The position numbers and the translations under genes were made by a program. Shown piece after piece: positions 47,808-58,238 of a stretch of 64,000 nt of DNA (positions are counted from its first letter, which is position 1; every line of letters starts with the position of its first letter). The notes under the pieces are model-generated. The model worked only from the letters and a program-made list of their open reading frames with translations, was not told the origin of the DNA and did no database searches. Source of the DNA: Chloroflexota bacterium (GTDB lineage Bacteria; Chloroflexota; Dehalococcoidia; Lucifugimonadales; UBA3495); contig JAQBVF010000021.1 of NCBI GenBank assembly GCA_027623675.1, positions 1 through 64,000 on the forward strand, written 5' to 3'.

Positions 47808-48836
47808 TTGAGTCAAAAACTTGATCTAAGCGTCGTGGACCAATCGCCGGTGCGTGCCGGCGAATCCGCGGGCCAGGCGCTGCGCGACACCATCGCATTG
47901 GCGGTGGAAGTGGAAAAGATGGGCTACCACCGGTATTGGTTGGCGGAGCACCATAGCCTGCCCAACTTCGCCGGCACCAGCCCCGAGATACTGATCGGCC
48001 AGGTCGCCGCCCACACCAAGTCGATCCGAGTGGGCAGCGGCGGCGTTATGCTCTCCCATTACAGCGCTCTCAAGGTCGCCGAAAACTTCCGCATGCTGGG
48101 CGCGCTCTATCCCGGACGCATCGACCTGGGAATCGGGCGGGCCCCCGGAAGCGACCAAGTCACCGCCGCCGCCCTGTCGTTCCCCGGACAGCCCAAGGAG
48201 ATACGTCACTTCCCGAGGCAGGTGGTTGACCTGCTGGGATTCTTGAACAACAACTTGGAAGACACCCATTTCTTCTCCAACATCACCGCCGGTCCGGGCG
48301 AGCCAGAGGTCCCCGACGTTTGGCTGCTGGGTTCGCGGTACGAAAGCGCGAACATGGCGGCCCAGTTGGGTCTGCCCTTCGCCTACGCTCATTTCTTCGG
48401 CATCGCCGTGGAAGAGGGGCCGGCCGTGGTGGAGAACTACAGGAAGAACTATCAGCCTTCGGAGCGTTTCCCCGAGCCGATGGTCAATGTCGGCGTCCAC
48501 GTGGTCTGTGCTCAAACCGATGAGGAAGCGCAGAGACTGGCCGCCAGCCGCAACCTGGCCCGGCTGTTCAACGTCACCGGGCGGGCCAGCGGCATACCCT
48601 CTCCCGAAGACGCGGCCACCTACCTGTACCGGCCCGAGGAAGCGGCCTTCGTCCAGCAGTATCAGAATGTATGCGTTGACGGCGAGCCTCGACGGGTCAA
48701 AGAGGGCCTCGAACATATCGCCGAGATGTACCAGACCAACGACCTGAGCGTGGTCACTATCACCCACGGCTTGGCTGAGCGGATCAACTCCTACCGGTTG
48801 GTGGCTGAAGCCTGCGGTCTAACGCCGCTGGAGTAG
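47808..48836 (+). CDS. Luciferase-like monooxygenase (LLM, YhbW-like)
   Basis: LSVVDQSP, RYWLAEHH, RVGSGGVML.HY, GRIDLGIGRAPG. Confidence 0.92.
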   Translation: MSQKLDLSVVDQSPVRAGESAGQALRDTIALAVEVEKMGYHRYWLAEHHSLPNFAGTSPEILIGQVAAHTKSIRVGSGGVMLSHYSALKVAENFRMLGALYPGRIDLGIGRAPGSDQVTAAALSFPGQPKEIRHFPRQVVDLLGFLNNNLEDTHFFSNITAGPGEPEVPDVWLLGSRYESANMAAQLGLPFAYAHFFGIAVEEGPAVVENYRKNYQPSERFPEPMVNVGVHVVCAQTDEEAQRLAASRNLARLFNVTGRASGIPSPEDAATYLYRPEEAAFVQQYQNVCVDGEPRRVKEGLEHIAEMYQTNDLSVVTITHGLAERINSYRLVAEACGLTPLE

Positions 48837-49018
48837 GGCGAAATGGCGGATGATCTGGTCGGCGATACCCAGATTAGTTGGCCACCGTCAGCGCCCTCAT
48901 CTCCGACTACGTCGAGCGTCACACGGATGCATCGGAGGACCTAACTTTCCACTTTTGGGAGCCTTGCCCTAGAAGTAACGGTCGTGAACGGTCTAGGGTA
49001 TGAAACGTACTCATTCAA

Positions 49019-49098
49019 TGTCACCCCGAGTCCTTCCGGTGAAGGGCGAGGGGTCTGGCACGTTGATGCTCGGCAGATTCTTCGTGCCTCAGAATGAC
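49019..49098. repeat. REP-like element between convergent genes
   Basis: TGTCACCCCGAG...GAGGGGTCT...AGATTCTTCG..CTCAGAATGAC. Confidence 0.7.
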
Positions 49099-49154
49099 GT
49101 TCTCAAGAGCCGAGTTCTCGCAAGTAAAGGGTTCCAAGCGGGCCAATTTAGCGC

Positions 49155-50153
49155 TTAAGCGTTGGGCGCCAGCGCGTTGATGACGTGCATGTGAGAGGTC
49201 ATGTTGTCGCCCACGGCGAAGGGCGCGATGACCGGCAGTTGTAGTCCGGCGGCGCGGCGTTTCTCCAGGGCGGCGCGGCATTCCGCCACGGTTCCCACGA
49301 TGGCCACCTGGTCTTGCATCTCTTCCGTGATGGACTCGGCGGCCTTGTCCAGGTTGCCCTCGGCTAACGCGGCAGCGGCGGCGGACATCTCCTTGTCGAA
49401 CCCGGTCTCCTTGAAGAAGTTGCAGTAGAAAGGGTTGCTCGCGTAACGGGCGACCTGACGCCGCAGCGAGTCCCGGGACGCCGATACGTCATCGCCTACC
49501 GCGACCCGCACGTAGCCCGCGATGTCGATCTCCTTGGGGTCCCGGCCGGCCTTCTCGGTGCCCCGTTTGATGTGTCCAACGGCCTCGGCCAGGTAGTCCA
49601 CCGCCGTCCAGTTCATCAGCACGCCGTCGCAAAGCTCCCCGGCCATCTCCAGCATCTGGGGACCCAGGGCCGCGATGTAGATGGGCACCTTGGTCTTGGG
49701 GGTGGCCGCCCCCATGGACGCGCCGGTGACCTTAAAGTGCTTGCCAGGGAAGTTGACCTCGGCCCCCGACAACAATCCCTTTACGATCTGGATGGTCTCC
49801 CGCATGCGGGTCATGGGCTGCCTGAAGACAACGCCGTCCCGGCTCTCCACGGTTGGCCGGTGGCCGACGCCCAGTCCCAGCATGAAACGGCCATTCGAGA
49901 CCGCCGCCATTCCGGCCGCGCCCATGGCCGTGTTGGTCGGCGTGCGGGCGAAGATGGGCAGGATGCCCGTGCCCAGCATGACCCGCTCGGTCTTCATGGC
50001 GATGGTTGCCAGTGAAGTAAGGGAGTCCCGGCCGCCGCCCTCCGGCACCCAGACGGCATCGAAGCCGTTGCGCTCAGCCTGAGAGGCCAACACTTGGTAA
50101 TCCTGGGGGGACAGCGTGGGGTCGTTTTCCAGACGCACACCGAATCGGGCCAT
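49155..50153 (-). CDS. LLM class flavin/F420-dependent oxidoreductase
   Basis: GFDAVWVPE, LGTGILP, GRFMLGLG, PIYIAALGPQM. Confidence 0.88.
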   Translation of the reverse strand: MARFGVRLENDPTLSPQDYQVLASQAERNGFDAVWVPEGGGRDSLTSLATIAMKTERVMLGTGILPIFARTPTNTAMGAAGMAAVSNGRFMLGLGVGHRPTVESRDGVVFRQPMTRMRETIQIVKGLLSGAEVNFPGKHFKVTGASMGAATPKTKVPIYIAALGPQMLEMAGELCDGVLMNWTAVDYLAEAVGHIKRGTEKAGRDPKEIDIAGYVRVAVGDDVSASRDSLRRQVARYASNPFYCNFFKETGFDKEMSAAAAALAEGNLDKAAESITEEMQDQVAIVGTVAECRAALEKRRAAGLQLPVIAPFAVGDNMTSHMHVINALAPNA

Positions 50154-50201
50154 GATCGCTCCTTACAGAGTCTGTAGGGGGTTTGTGGTTTGCGCGCCTG
50201 T

Positions 50202-50915
50202 TTAGACGCCCAGTTGGGTCGCCAGGTCCCGGAAGTCGTCACAGACGTAATCAAAAGACGGGTCCGGAGTCGTGTCGACCTTGCCGTTGACCCCGCGTTC
50301 CAAGGGCCGTTTCACGAAGGCGGTCCGCAGGCCCTGCTTCGCGGCGGCCAACAGGTCGCCTTGGTGGGCGGCCACCATCATCACCTGCTCGGGCTTGAGA
50401 TGCAGCAACTCCACGCCGGTCAGGTAGGTCTTGGGATCGGGTTTGTAGGCGTGGGCCAACTCGGCGCCCAGGATGCAGTCCCAGGGCAGTCCGGCGTACT
50501 TGGCCATGTCGGTCATCAGCGCGATATTGCCGTTGGACATGGTCCCCAGGATGAACTTTGACTTCAGCCGGGTTAGGCCGGGAGGAGAGTCGGGCCAGGC
50601 GTCCAGCCGGTGCCAGGCCAGGTTCAGGTCGGCCTTGGCCTCTTCGCTGATGCCGGTGATGCCAAAGTCATTCAGCAGTTCATCCAGGCCCATGCGGTGG
50701 AGGGTATCAAGCTCGGTCCAAGGCAGTTCGCCGCTCCGGACCTTGTCCATGAACGGCCGGTACTTGGCTCGCCAGCTCTCAGCGAAATCGACCCAGTCAG
50801 CGGTGATGCCGTTGGCCTTGCCAAAGTTCTCACCGTGGCGGGTGACCGAGGTGTGCCAATCGACCACCGTGCCGAACACATCGAATACCAAAGCCTTGAT
50901 CTGAGATGAGTCCAT
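50202..50915 (-). CDS. Haloacid dehalogenase, type II
   Basis: FDVFGTVVDW, MSNG, YKPDP, MVAAH..DL. Confidence 0.9.
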   Translation of the reverse strand: MDSSQIKALVFDVFGTVVDWHTSVTRHGENFGKANGITADWVDFAESWRAKYRPFMDKVRSGELPWTELDTLHRMGLDELLNDFGITGISEEAKADLNLAWHRLDAWPDSPPGLTRLKSKFILGTMSNGNIALMTDMAKYAGLPWDCILGAELAHAYKPDPKTYLTGVELLHLKPEQVMMVAAHQGDLLAAAKQGLRTAFVKRPLERGVNGKVDTTPDPSFDYVCDDFRDLATQLGV

Positions 50916-50933
50916 TACCGCATTCTCCCTATT

Positions 50934-51671
50934 TCACTCTTTGGAAATCTTTACCAATATATCCGCCAGTTCTTGAGCGTGGGTGACCATGGTGTCGTGG
51001 CCCGACGCCACGGGGTAGACGCCCCATCCGGCCTGTCTGGCGCGCTCGGCCACCGAGTCGAACCCCGACTCGCCGCCGCCGACAAAATTCTTGGGGATGG
51101 CCAGGGCCTTGGGGTTGCCCATCCGCACCGGACTGGCCATGGCCGCGGCGGGTTGCGGAGTCACGTTGACGCCGACCCAGGCCAGGTCGTCAGGGTCGGT
51201 GATGCCCCAGCGGCGTCCCACTTCCTCTACCGAGGCCGGGGCGGGCAGGAAGCCGTCTCCATTCTTGATCTGGTCACGCACCCAGGCGGCGAATTCCTCT
51301 CCCCGCACCGGTATGAGTTGGTCGGCCATGGACTCGCCATCGGAGGGGATGACGCCGTTCACGTAGACCATGTGGGAGATGCGCTCCGGGCAGACCTCGG
51401 CCACGCCGGTGATGACCATGCCGGCGTAGGCATGGCCGACCAACACCACGTCCTCCAGGCGCTCGTAGCGCATCATCTGGACTATGTCTTGAATATGCAC
51501 ATCCAGCGTGATATCCGCTGGGTCCATGTGCCCGTTCAGGTGGGTGCGTTCGCCCAGGCCCGTTAGGGTCGGCGCGTAAACGTCCGCCCCGGTTTTCCTG
51601 AGGAGCGGGGCCACTTTATTCCAGCACCAGCCGCCGTGCCACGCCCCGTGGACCAGTACAAAGCTTGCCAT
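50934..51671 (-). CDS. Alpha/beta hydrolase fold protein (nucleophile Ser replaced by Ala)
   Basis: LVHGAWHGGWCW, PTLTGLG, LVGHAYAG, SGHD. Confidence 0.85.
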   Translation of the reverse strand: MASFVLVHGAWHGGWCWNKVAPLLRKTGADVYAPTLTGLGERTHLNGHMDPADITLDVHIQDIVQMMRYERLEDVVLVGHAYAGMVITGVAEVCPERISHMVYVNGVIPSDGESMADQLIPVRGEEFAAWVRDQIKNGDGFLPAPASVEEVGRRWGITDPDDLAWVGVNVTPQPAAAMASPVRMGNPKALAIPKNFVGGGESGFDSVAERARQAGWGVYPVASGHDTMVTHAQELADILVKISKE

Positions 51672-51723
51672 GCTGTAGCCTCCGACGGCTGCGAGCTAAC
51701 GCGATTCTATCTACGACGGCCCG

Positions 51724-52197
51724 TTAATTGAGCTTGTCCACTTGCCGTTGGACCTCGTCAAAGTCGGGCTGAATGCCTGGGTTTTCGCCGACCCACTTGA
51801 ACCGGATCACGCCCTCTTTGTCGATGACGAACACGGCCCGCTGGGAGGCGGTGTAGCCATCCATCCCGGCGAAATTCGGCAACGCCACGCCGTAGGCCTC
51901 CACCACTTCGCGTTTGTAGTCGCTCAGCAAGGGGAAGTTCAGGTTGTTTGCGTCGGAAAACGCCTTTTGGGAGAATATCGCGTCCACGCTGACGCCAAGC
52001 ACTTGGGCGTTCATGGAGTTGAAGGAATCAAACCGGTCGCGGAAGGTGCACATCTCGGTGGTGCACCCGCCGGTGAACGCTCCCGGGAAAAAGGCCAGCA
52101 CAACGTTCTTGCCTTTGGAATCGCTGAGTTTCGTCTCTTGCTTGTCGTGGTCGAACAGGTTGAAATCAGGGGCTTTTTGCCCAACATCTGCTGCCAT
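51724..52197 (-). CDS. Peroxiredoxin (BCP/AhpE-like)
   Basis: FFPGAFTGGCTTEMC, GVSVD, FPLLSD, RAVFVID. Confidence 0.9.
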   Translation of the reverse strand: MAADVGQKAPDFNLFDHDKQETKLSDSKGKNVVLAFFPGAFTGGCTTEMCTFRDRFDSFNSMNAQVLGVSVDAIFSQKAFSDANNLNFPLLSDYKREVVEAYGVALPNFAGMDGYTASQRAVFVIDKEGVIRFKWVGENPGIQPDFDEVQRQVDKLN

Positions 52198-52423
52198 GAG
52201 TGTCACTCCTTATGTGATCCGCTTGGGTCTCACCGGATGAACTTGAGAGACGTCGGCGGATATGAATCAATTCGGCCCGGCGGAGGGGCCGAGCCTATAT
52301 TAACACAGGATAGCGAAACCGGCCCCGAACTCAGGCATGAGCCGTGCCTATGGTACAATCCTCTGCAATACCCCTGAAACACTGATGAGATACTGAGCTT
52401 CAGGCGCGGAGAGAGCTTCAAGC

Positions 52424-54016
52424 ATGTACTTCGATTCACGGCGGTCCACGGTCCTAGCCACCAACGGCATGGTTGCCACCAGCCAACCCCTGGCCGCCAC
52501 CACCGGCCTGCGCATCCTGATGGAGGGGGGCAACGCCGTTGACGCGGCGATCGCAACGGCCGCGGCGCTGAACGTGGTGGAGCCCATGTCCACCGGGGTG
52601 GGCGGGGATATGTTCGCGCTGGTTTGGGACAATAAGAAGAAAAGTGTCAGCGCCCTGAACGGCAGCGGCCGCGCGCCCGCCGCCGCATCCATCGACGAGC
52701 TGCTGAACCAAGGCCACCGCGCCATGCCGGACATCGGCGTCTATTCCATCGCCACGCCGGGCACCGTCCATGGCTGGGAAACCCTTCTGAACGAAAGCGG
52801 CACCATGCCCTTGAGCAAGGTGCTGGAACCGGCCATCAACTACGCCGAGAACGGCTTCCCCGTCTCTGACATAATCTCCGTCCAGTGGCAGCAGCAACTG
52901 GGCAAGCTGTCCGCCTTCCCTTCGGGCACCGAGATGCTGCCCGGCGGCAGGGCCCCATCCCACGGCGATCTCGTGAAACTGCCCACCCTGGCATCGACGC
53001 TTCGGGCCATCGCTGAGGGCGGTTCCGACGCCTTCTATAACGGCCCCATCGCCCAGAAGACCGCCGCCTTCGTCCAGGAACACGGCGGGTGGCTGGCCGT
53101 GGAAGACATGGCCACCCATACCTCCGACTGGGACGAGCCGATCTCGGTGGACTACCGGGGGGTCACCTGCTGGGAGTGTCCACCCAACGGACAAGGGATC
53201 GCCGCGCTGGAGGCTCTGAACATCGCCGAGGGCTTCGACATCAAGGGGATGGGCGCGCAGTCGGCCGACGCCTACCATCACCTGATCGAGGCCATGCGAC
53301 TGGGCTTCGCCGACGCCTTTCAGTATGTGGCCGACCCCCGCAGTACCCACGTGCCGATAGCCGAACTGACTTCCAAGGACTTCGCCACCACCCGCCGGGC
53401 GTTGATCGACGCCAAGAAGGCCATGTCCACCGTCCCCTACGGCAAGGTCCACGGCGGATCGGACACCGTCTACATCAGCGTGGTCGACGGCCAGGGCAAC
53501 GCCTGCTCGTTCATCAACAGCGTGTTCTCAAACTTCGGGTCCGGCATGGTCGTCCCGGGCACGGGAATCGTCCTGCACAACCGCGCCTCATTGTTCTCGT
53601 TGGACCCCAACCACGCCAACCACCTGGCCCCCCACAAGCGGCCTTACAACACCATCATCCCGGGCATGGCGACCATCGGCGGCGAACTGCACCTGTCCTA
53701 CGGCATGATGGGAGCGTTCATGCAGCCGCAGGGTCACCTGCAGTTGATCAGCAACATGGTGGACCACGACATGGACCCGCAACAGGCCATCAACGCCCTG
53801 CGGTTCATGGTGGGCAACGACAGCGTCATCTTGGAAGAGGGCCTGGACCCATCCGTGGCCCGCGATCTCCAGTCCCGCGGGCACAACGTGGGACAGATCA
53901 CCGGCTACAACCGGGTGTCCATCGGCGGCGCGCAGGTGATCCAGCGCGACCCGGACACCGGCGTGCTCCGTGGCGGCTCTGAACCCCGAAAAGACGGCTG
54001 CGCCGTGGGCTACTAA
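52424..54016 (+). CDS. ggt: Gamma-glutamyltransferase
   Basis: GGNAVDAAIA, PPNGQG, autocleavage D-TVY, KRPYNTIIP, EPRKDG. Confidence 0.93.
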   Translation: MYFDSRRSTVLATNGMVATSQPLAATTGLRILMEGGNAVDAAIATAAALNVVEPMSTGVGGDMFALVWDNKKKSVSALNGSGRAPAAASIDELLNQGHRAMPDIGVYSIATPGTVHGWETLLNESGTMPLSKVLEPAINYAENGFPVSDIISVQWQQQLGKLSAFPSGTEMLPGGRAPSHGDLVKLPTLASTLRAIAEGGSDAFYNGPIAQKTAAFVQEHGGWLAVEDMATHTSDWDEPISVDYRGVTCWECPPNGQGIAALEALNIAEGFDIKGMGAQSADAYHHLIEAMRLGFADAFQYVADPRSTHVPIAELTSKDFATTRRALIDAKKAMSTVPYGKVHGGSDTVYISVVDGQGNACSFINSVFSNFGSGMVVPGTGIVLHNRASLFSLDPNHANHLAPHKRPYNTIIPGMATIGGELHLSYGMMGAFMQPQGHLQLISNMVDHDMDPQQAINALRFMVGNDSVILEEGLDPSVARDLQSRGHNVGQITGYNRVSIGGAQVIQRDPDTGVLRGGSEPRKDGCAVGY

Positions 54017-54087
54017 GGCGGGCGGCACGGCCGCGTTTAATACCTGCCGGCAATCATTGGGAATTGGCTTAAAATAAGGAGTTCACG

Positions 54088-55059
54088 ATGGCTCAGGAGA
54101 ACCGGGAACCGGGTTTTTACAAGAAGTATTTCCGGGACATTGATGTGGTCCACGGACTGCAATCCAAGCCCGAGGACCGCGACTGGCTACTCACAACTCC
54201 CGAGGACGACGTTAAGCCTTCGGACATCGTGCTATACCTGGGATGCAACGTGCTCCGGACCACCCACCTGATCCGCACGGTGACCGACATCTTCAAGCTG
54301 ATGGGCGTCAACTACGCGGCCGTGGGCGGCAAGACCTATTGCTGCGGCATCCAGCATTTCCAGCGCGGCGACGAGGACTCGGGCCGCGCCGTGGCCGCCA
54401 CCACCGCCGCCAACTTCCAGAAGTTCAACCCCAAGAAAGTGGTCATGTGGTGCCCGTCGTGCATCTACTTCTACGACGACATCATGGATATGCGCCAAAA
54501 GAGTTTCGACTTCAATCACGTGACCCAATTCCTGGTGGACAACCTGGACAAGCTGGATCTCAAGCCCCAACCCGAGACCACCGTGGCGCTGCATTACCAC
54601 ACGGGCCGGGAACAGTCTGACGCCGAGGCGGATTCCGCCAAGCTGCTGTTGTCCAAGCTGCCTGGCGTAACGGTTGTCGACGTGGGCACCGATGCCCGGT
54701 TCGGCCGGCACTGCACCCCTGCGGTGCGCGACCGCATGGGCGCCGATGAATGGGAGTCCATGGCCACCGGGTTCGTGGAGCAGGCCATCGACAAGGGCGT
54801 GGACACATTCACCACCCTCTACCACGGCTGCCAGCGCCACATGTGCCGCTACGAAGCCGATTACCCGGTGAAGGTGGAGCACTACCTAACGGTGATTGGC
54901 CGGGCACTGGGCATTGAACACGAGGACCTGCACAAGAAACATGTGCTATCGGGCGATGTGGACGCCATCATGGAGGAGACCAGCCCCTGCTCCATCGCCA
55001 GCGGCATCTCCCCCGAAGAAGCCCGCCAAGCCATCGAAAGGAACTACGCCAAGCGGTGA
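54088..55059 (+). CDS. CCG-domain Fe-S binding protein (HdrB/GlpC-like)
   Basis: YLGCN, YCCG, WCPSC, YHGC. Confidence 0.78.
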   Translation: MAQENREPGFYKKYFRDIDVVHGLQSKPEDRDWLLTTPEDDVKPSDIVLYLGCNVLRTTHLIRTVTDIFKLMGVNYAAVGGKTYCCGIQHFQRGDEDSGRAVAATTAANFQKFNPKKVVMWCPSCIYFYDDIMDMRQKSFDFNHVTQFLVDNLDKLDLKPQPETTVALHYHTGREQSDAEADSAKLLLSKLPGVTVVDVGTDARFGRHCTPAVRDRMGADEWESMATGFVEQAIDKGVDTFTTLYHGCQRHMCRYEADYPVKVEHYLTVIGRALGIEHEDLHKKHVLSGDVDAIMEETSPCSIASGISPEEARQAIERNYAKR

Positions 55060-55270
55060 TGCATCACCGGCTGGCGTGTAACGGAAGAGCCTAACCGTTC
55101 TTGGTGATGAAGTGTAAACGATTTATCCGGTGCGTTTCACCTTGGAGAGGCCGTTGATTTCTGCCGCTTGAAAGCTATCGCCATGTCGTGAGTAAGGTGA
55201 ACTAGATTCAAGTCCATCCTGGCCCAGCCCCATATACTCGCACTGGGCGTTCAACGGCCGATAAGATGAG

Positions 55271-56962
55271 ATGCTGGTACACAACTACACGCCTTTTCCA
55301 TCCGTGGAACCGATGACCATATCCAATGATAATCTGAACCAAGGCAGGCAGGCCCTCGTGCAGATGGCTTGGCGGGACGCCTGCGTCCGGCTGTCGGCTG
55401 CGAGTCACGAATTTCCGCTTGAGCCGGAAGACCTGGAGCGGCTGGCGATGGCCGCCTACCTGACAGGCCGGGATGCCGAAAGTTCTGACGCCTGGGAGCA
55501 TGCTCATCAAGCTTTCCTAAGACGGGGTGAGCTTGCGCGGGCCGCCCGTTGCGCCTTCTGGCTGGCACTTGGACTTCTGATGCGAGGTGAAATGGGCCGC
55601 GGCAGCGGCTGGCTTGCCCGGGTCCAACGGCTCGTCGACGACAGCCAACAAGATTGCGTGGAACATGGATATCTCCTGATACCGGCCGCCCTCCGAAGCT
55701 TGGACGAGGATGACGCTGCTGGCGCCTACGAGACCTTCGGACGGGCGTCTGAAATCGGCGAACGGTTCGGTGATCCTGACCTGGCGGCGCTTAGCCGCCT
55801 CGGCCAGGGCCGGTCGCAGATACGGCTGGGGAAGCGCGATAACGGCTTGACGCTGCTCGACGAGGCCATGGTGGCGGTCACAACCGGAGAATTGTCTCCG
55901 ATTACCTCTGGGATCATTTACTGTGCGGTGATTCTGGCCTGCCAGGAGGTCTTCGACCTCCGCCGGGCGCAGGAATGGACGGCAGCGCTGAGCCGTTGGT
56001 GCGAGTCGCAGCCGGACTTGGTACCCTTCCGCGGTCAGTGCCTGGTACACCGGTCAGAGTTGATGTTGCTGCGCGGCGCTTGGTCGGATGCCATGGACGA
56101 AGCCATACGGGCATGTGAGCGGCTCTCGGAGCCTCCTAACCAGCCAGCGGTTGGCATGGCCTACTACCAAATAGCGGAGCTTCATCGTCTTCGAGGAGAG
56201 TTCGGCGAGGCCGAGGAGGCATATCGCCGGGCGAACCAGTGGGGACGGACGCCACAGCCTGGTATGGCGTTGTTGCGGTTAGCGAATGGCAGAGCCGAGG
56301 CTGCCAAGACATCGGTCAGCCGGGCCCTTGACGAGTCACAGGATTCCGTGACCAGAGCAAAGCTGCTTGCTGCTCGAGTCGAGATCGAACTCGCAGTGGG
56401 CGACATCGAAGGGGCCCGTGCCGCCGCTGGTATGTTGTCGGAGGTCGCGGCGGCGCTCGACGCGCCGACGCTGCATGCGATGTCACCACACGCCATGGGC
56501 GCCGTTCTCCTCGCCGACGGCGACACCCGGGCAGCCCTGGCTGCGCTGCGGCTTGCGTGGACGGCCTGGCAGGAGATTGACGTGCCTTACGAAGCCGCCC
56601 GTGTCCGGATCCTCATCGGGCTGGCCTGCCAGAGGCTCGGAGACATGGACAGCGCAGATATGGAGTTGGACGCGGCGCGCGGGGTATTCCGACGCCTCGG
56701 CGCCGCGCCCGATCTGGCCCGGGTGGAAGCGCTGTCCCGGAAGCCGGCTACCCCGGCTACCAAGGAAACGGGCGGGCTAACGGTCCGAGAGATGGATGTT
56801 CTCCGCCTCATTGTTGCCGGGAAGAGTAACTGGGAGATTGCGTCAGCCCTCGTTATCAGCGAACATACCGTCGCCCGGCACGTGCAGAATATCTTTGCCA
56901 AGATCGGCGTCGGATCACGGACCGCCGCCGTGGCATTCGCCTTCGAACACCGCCTCCTCTGA
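55271..56962 (+). CDS. TPR-like plus C-terminal LuxR HTH transcriptional regulator; start uncertain
   Basis: [44 protein letters not shown]; helical repeats; [15 protein letters not shown]. Confidence 0.88.
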   Translation: MLVHNYTPFPSVEPMTISNDNLNQGRQALVQMAWRDACVRLSAASHEFPLEPEDLERLAMAAYLTGRDAESSDAWEHAHQAFLRRGELARAARCAFWLALGLLMRGEMGRGSGWLARVQRLVDDSQQDCVEHGYLLIPAALRSLDEDDAAGAYETFGRASEIGERFGDPDLAALSRLGQGRSQIRLGKRDNGLTLLDEAMVAVTTGELSPITSGIIYCAVILACQEVFDLRRAQEWTAALSRWCESQPDLVPFRGQCLVHRSELMLLRGAWSDAMDEAIRACERLSEPPNQPAVGMAYYQIAELHRLRGEFGEAEEAYRRANQWGRTPQPGMALLRLANGRAEAAKTSVSRALDESQDSVTRAKLLAARVEIELAVGDIEGARAAAGMLSEVAAALDAPTLHAMSPHAMGAVLLADGDTRAALAALRLAWTAWQEIDVPYEAARVRILIGLACQRLGDMDSADMELDAARGVFRRLGAAPDLARVEALSRKPATPATKETGGLTVREMDVLRLIVAGKSNWEIASALVISEHTVARHVQNIFAKIGVGSRTAAVAFAFEHRLL

Positions 56963-56965
56963 CTC

Positions 56966-56991
56966 GCACGTGGTTATTTCTAACCACGTGC
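56966..56991. promoter_or_regulatory. Perfect inverted repeat, candidate LuxR operator
   Basis: GCACGTGGTTA-TTTC-TAACCACGTGC between regulator and methyltransferase; no U-tract. Confidence 0.55.
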
Positions 56992-57080
56992 CCCCTGCCG
57001 TCAATTTGGCTATTCCCAGCGATGTCCATTGCCTCCGCTCTCCTTACAATCACGGACAACCCATGACTAAGGAGGAAGCC

Positions 57081-57907
57081 ATGACTACCCCGGAATTGGA
57101 ACAAACGCGCAATGCTTGGAACGCAATTTCGGCAGGCTATGATGAGTTTGTCACGCCCCGGTGGGCGTTAGGGGGGATGCCCTCGTCCGTGCCGGCCTCC
57201 GTCCAGGGATGCGGTTCCTGGACGTGGCCTCCGGAAGCGGCGCCCTTAGCATTCCAGCGGCGCGTCTTGGCGCCCACGTGCAGGCAGTGGACCTGTCTCC
57301 CCACATGCTCGAGTTGCTCAAGGCGCGTGCGCGGGCGGAGGGGCTAGCCAACCTGGAGGGCCGAGTCATGGACGGCCACGCCCTGGAGCTGGAGGACGAC
57401 ACCTTCGATATCTCTGGATCGCAGTTCGGCGTAATGCTCTTCCCGGACATGCCTCGGGCCCTTCGTGAGATGACTAGGGTCACCAGACCCGGGGGCCATG
57501 TGCTGATAGTGGTGTACGGCCCGCCGCCGACCGTCGAATTCCTGACCTTTTTCATGGGCGCGATGCAAGCTGTGGTGCCTGATTTCACCGGCCTCCCCAC
57601 GGACCCTCCTCCCTTGCCCTTCCAAGCGGCTGACCCGGAGGTGCTGCGCCAACGGATGGCCGAAGCCGGGTTGAGGGAAATCCGAGTGGAGCCGGGCGCG
57701 GAACGGCTGGAATTCGAGTCTGGTAAACAAATGTGGGACTGGGTAACCAGCAGCAACCCCATCGCGGTGGGGATGGTCGCGGGGCTGAGCGAGCAGCAGA
57801 AAGCAGAGGTCCAGCAGGTGCTGGACGGTATGCTCCGCGAGCGCTCCGAGGGCCGCCGCACAGCCATCGTGAACTGCGCCGTTCATATCGGCATCGGGAC
57901 GAAGTGA
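57081..57907 (+). pseudogene. Class I SAM methyltransferase with one frameshift
   Basis: RBS AAGGAGG and ATG 57081 (MTTPELEQTRNAWNAISAGYDEF) is out of frame with the body (FLDVASGSG, SQFGVMLFPD); shift near the G6 run at 57171-57176. Confidence 0.75.
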
Positions 57908-58142
57908 AGGCACAACCGCAACTGTTCCTGCCAGGGATGGATTCGCCCGGCTGTAACTGCCGGAATGAGGTTAAGCCCGCAAGTCGAGGGCGCCTGGCTA
58001 CTCACGATGGACAATTGGTTATCGAGCACTAGCCGGTCGGTGGTCCGGACCCTGGCACAGTGGCGGAGAACCACCGACCGACACAGTGGTCCAACACCAG
58101 GTGGTCGATCCCAAAACCGCTTACTGTAAAATCACATTAATT

Positions 58143-58210
58143 CACAATGGTGAGACCATCGAACCACGCCTGCGCCGACGAAGGTCCTTCGGCGGGCTCA
58201 GGGTGAGCGG
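58143..58210. repeat. REP-like element (second family)
   Basis: ATGGTGAGACCATCGAACC...CCTTCGGCGGGCTCAGGGTGAGCGG imperfect inverted pair between convergent genes. Confidence 0.45.
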
Positions 58211-58238
58211 GGGCGCGACGCACCCTGGGGCCGGGGTT

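Noticed and set aside
51724..52197. Selenoprotein peroxiredoxin (selB is present)
   Set aside because: Both active-site codons are TGC; I saw no convincing in-frame UGA read-through in the window, though the check was not exhaustive.
58034..58080. 11-bp inverted repeat as an element end
   Set aside because: Single local hairpin, no matching end near 55060-55270 and no target duplication.
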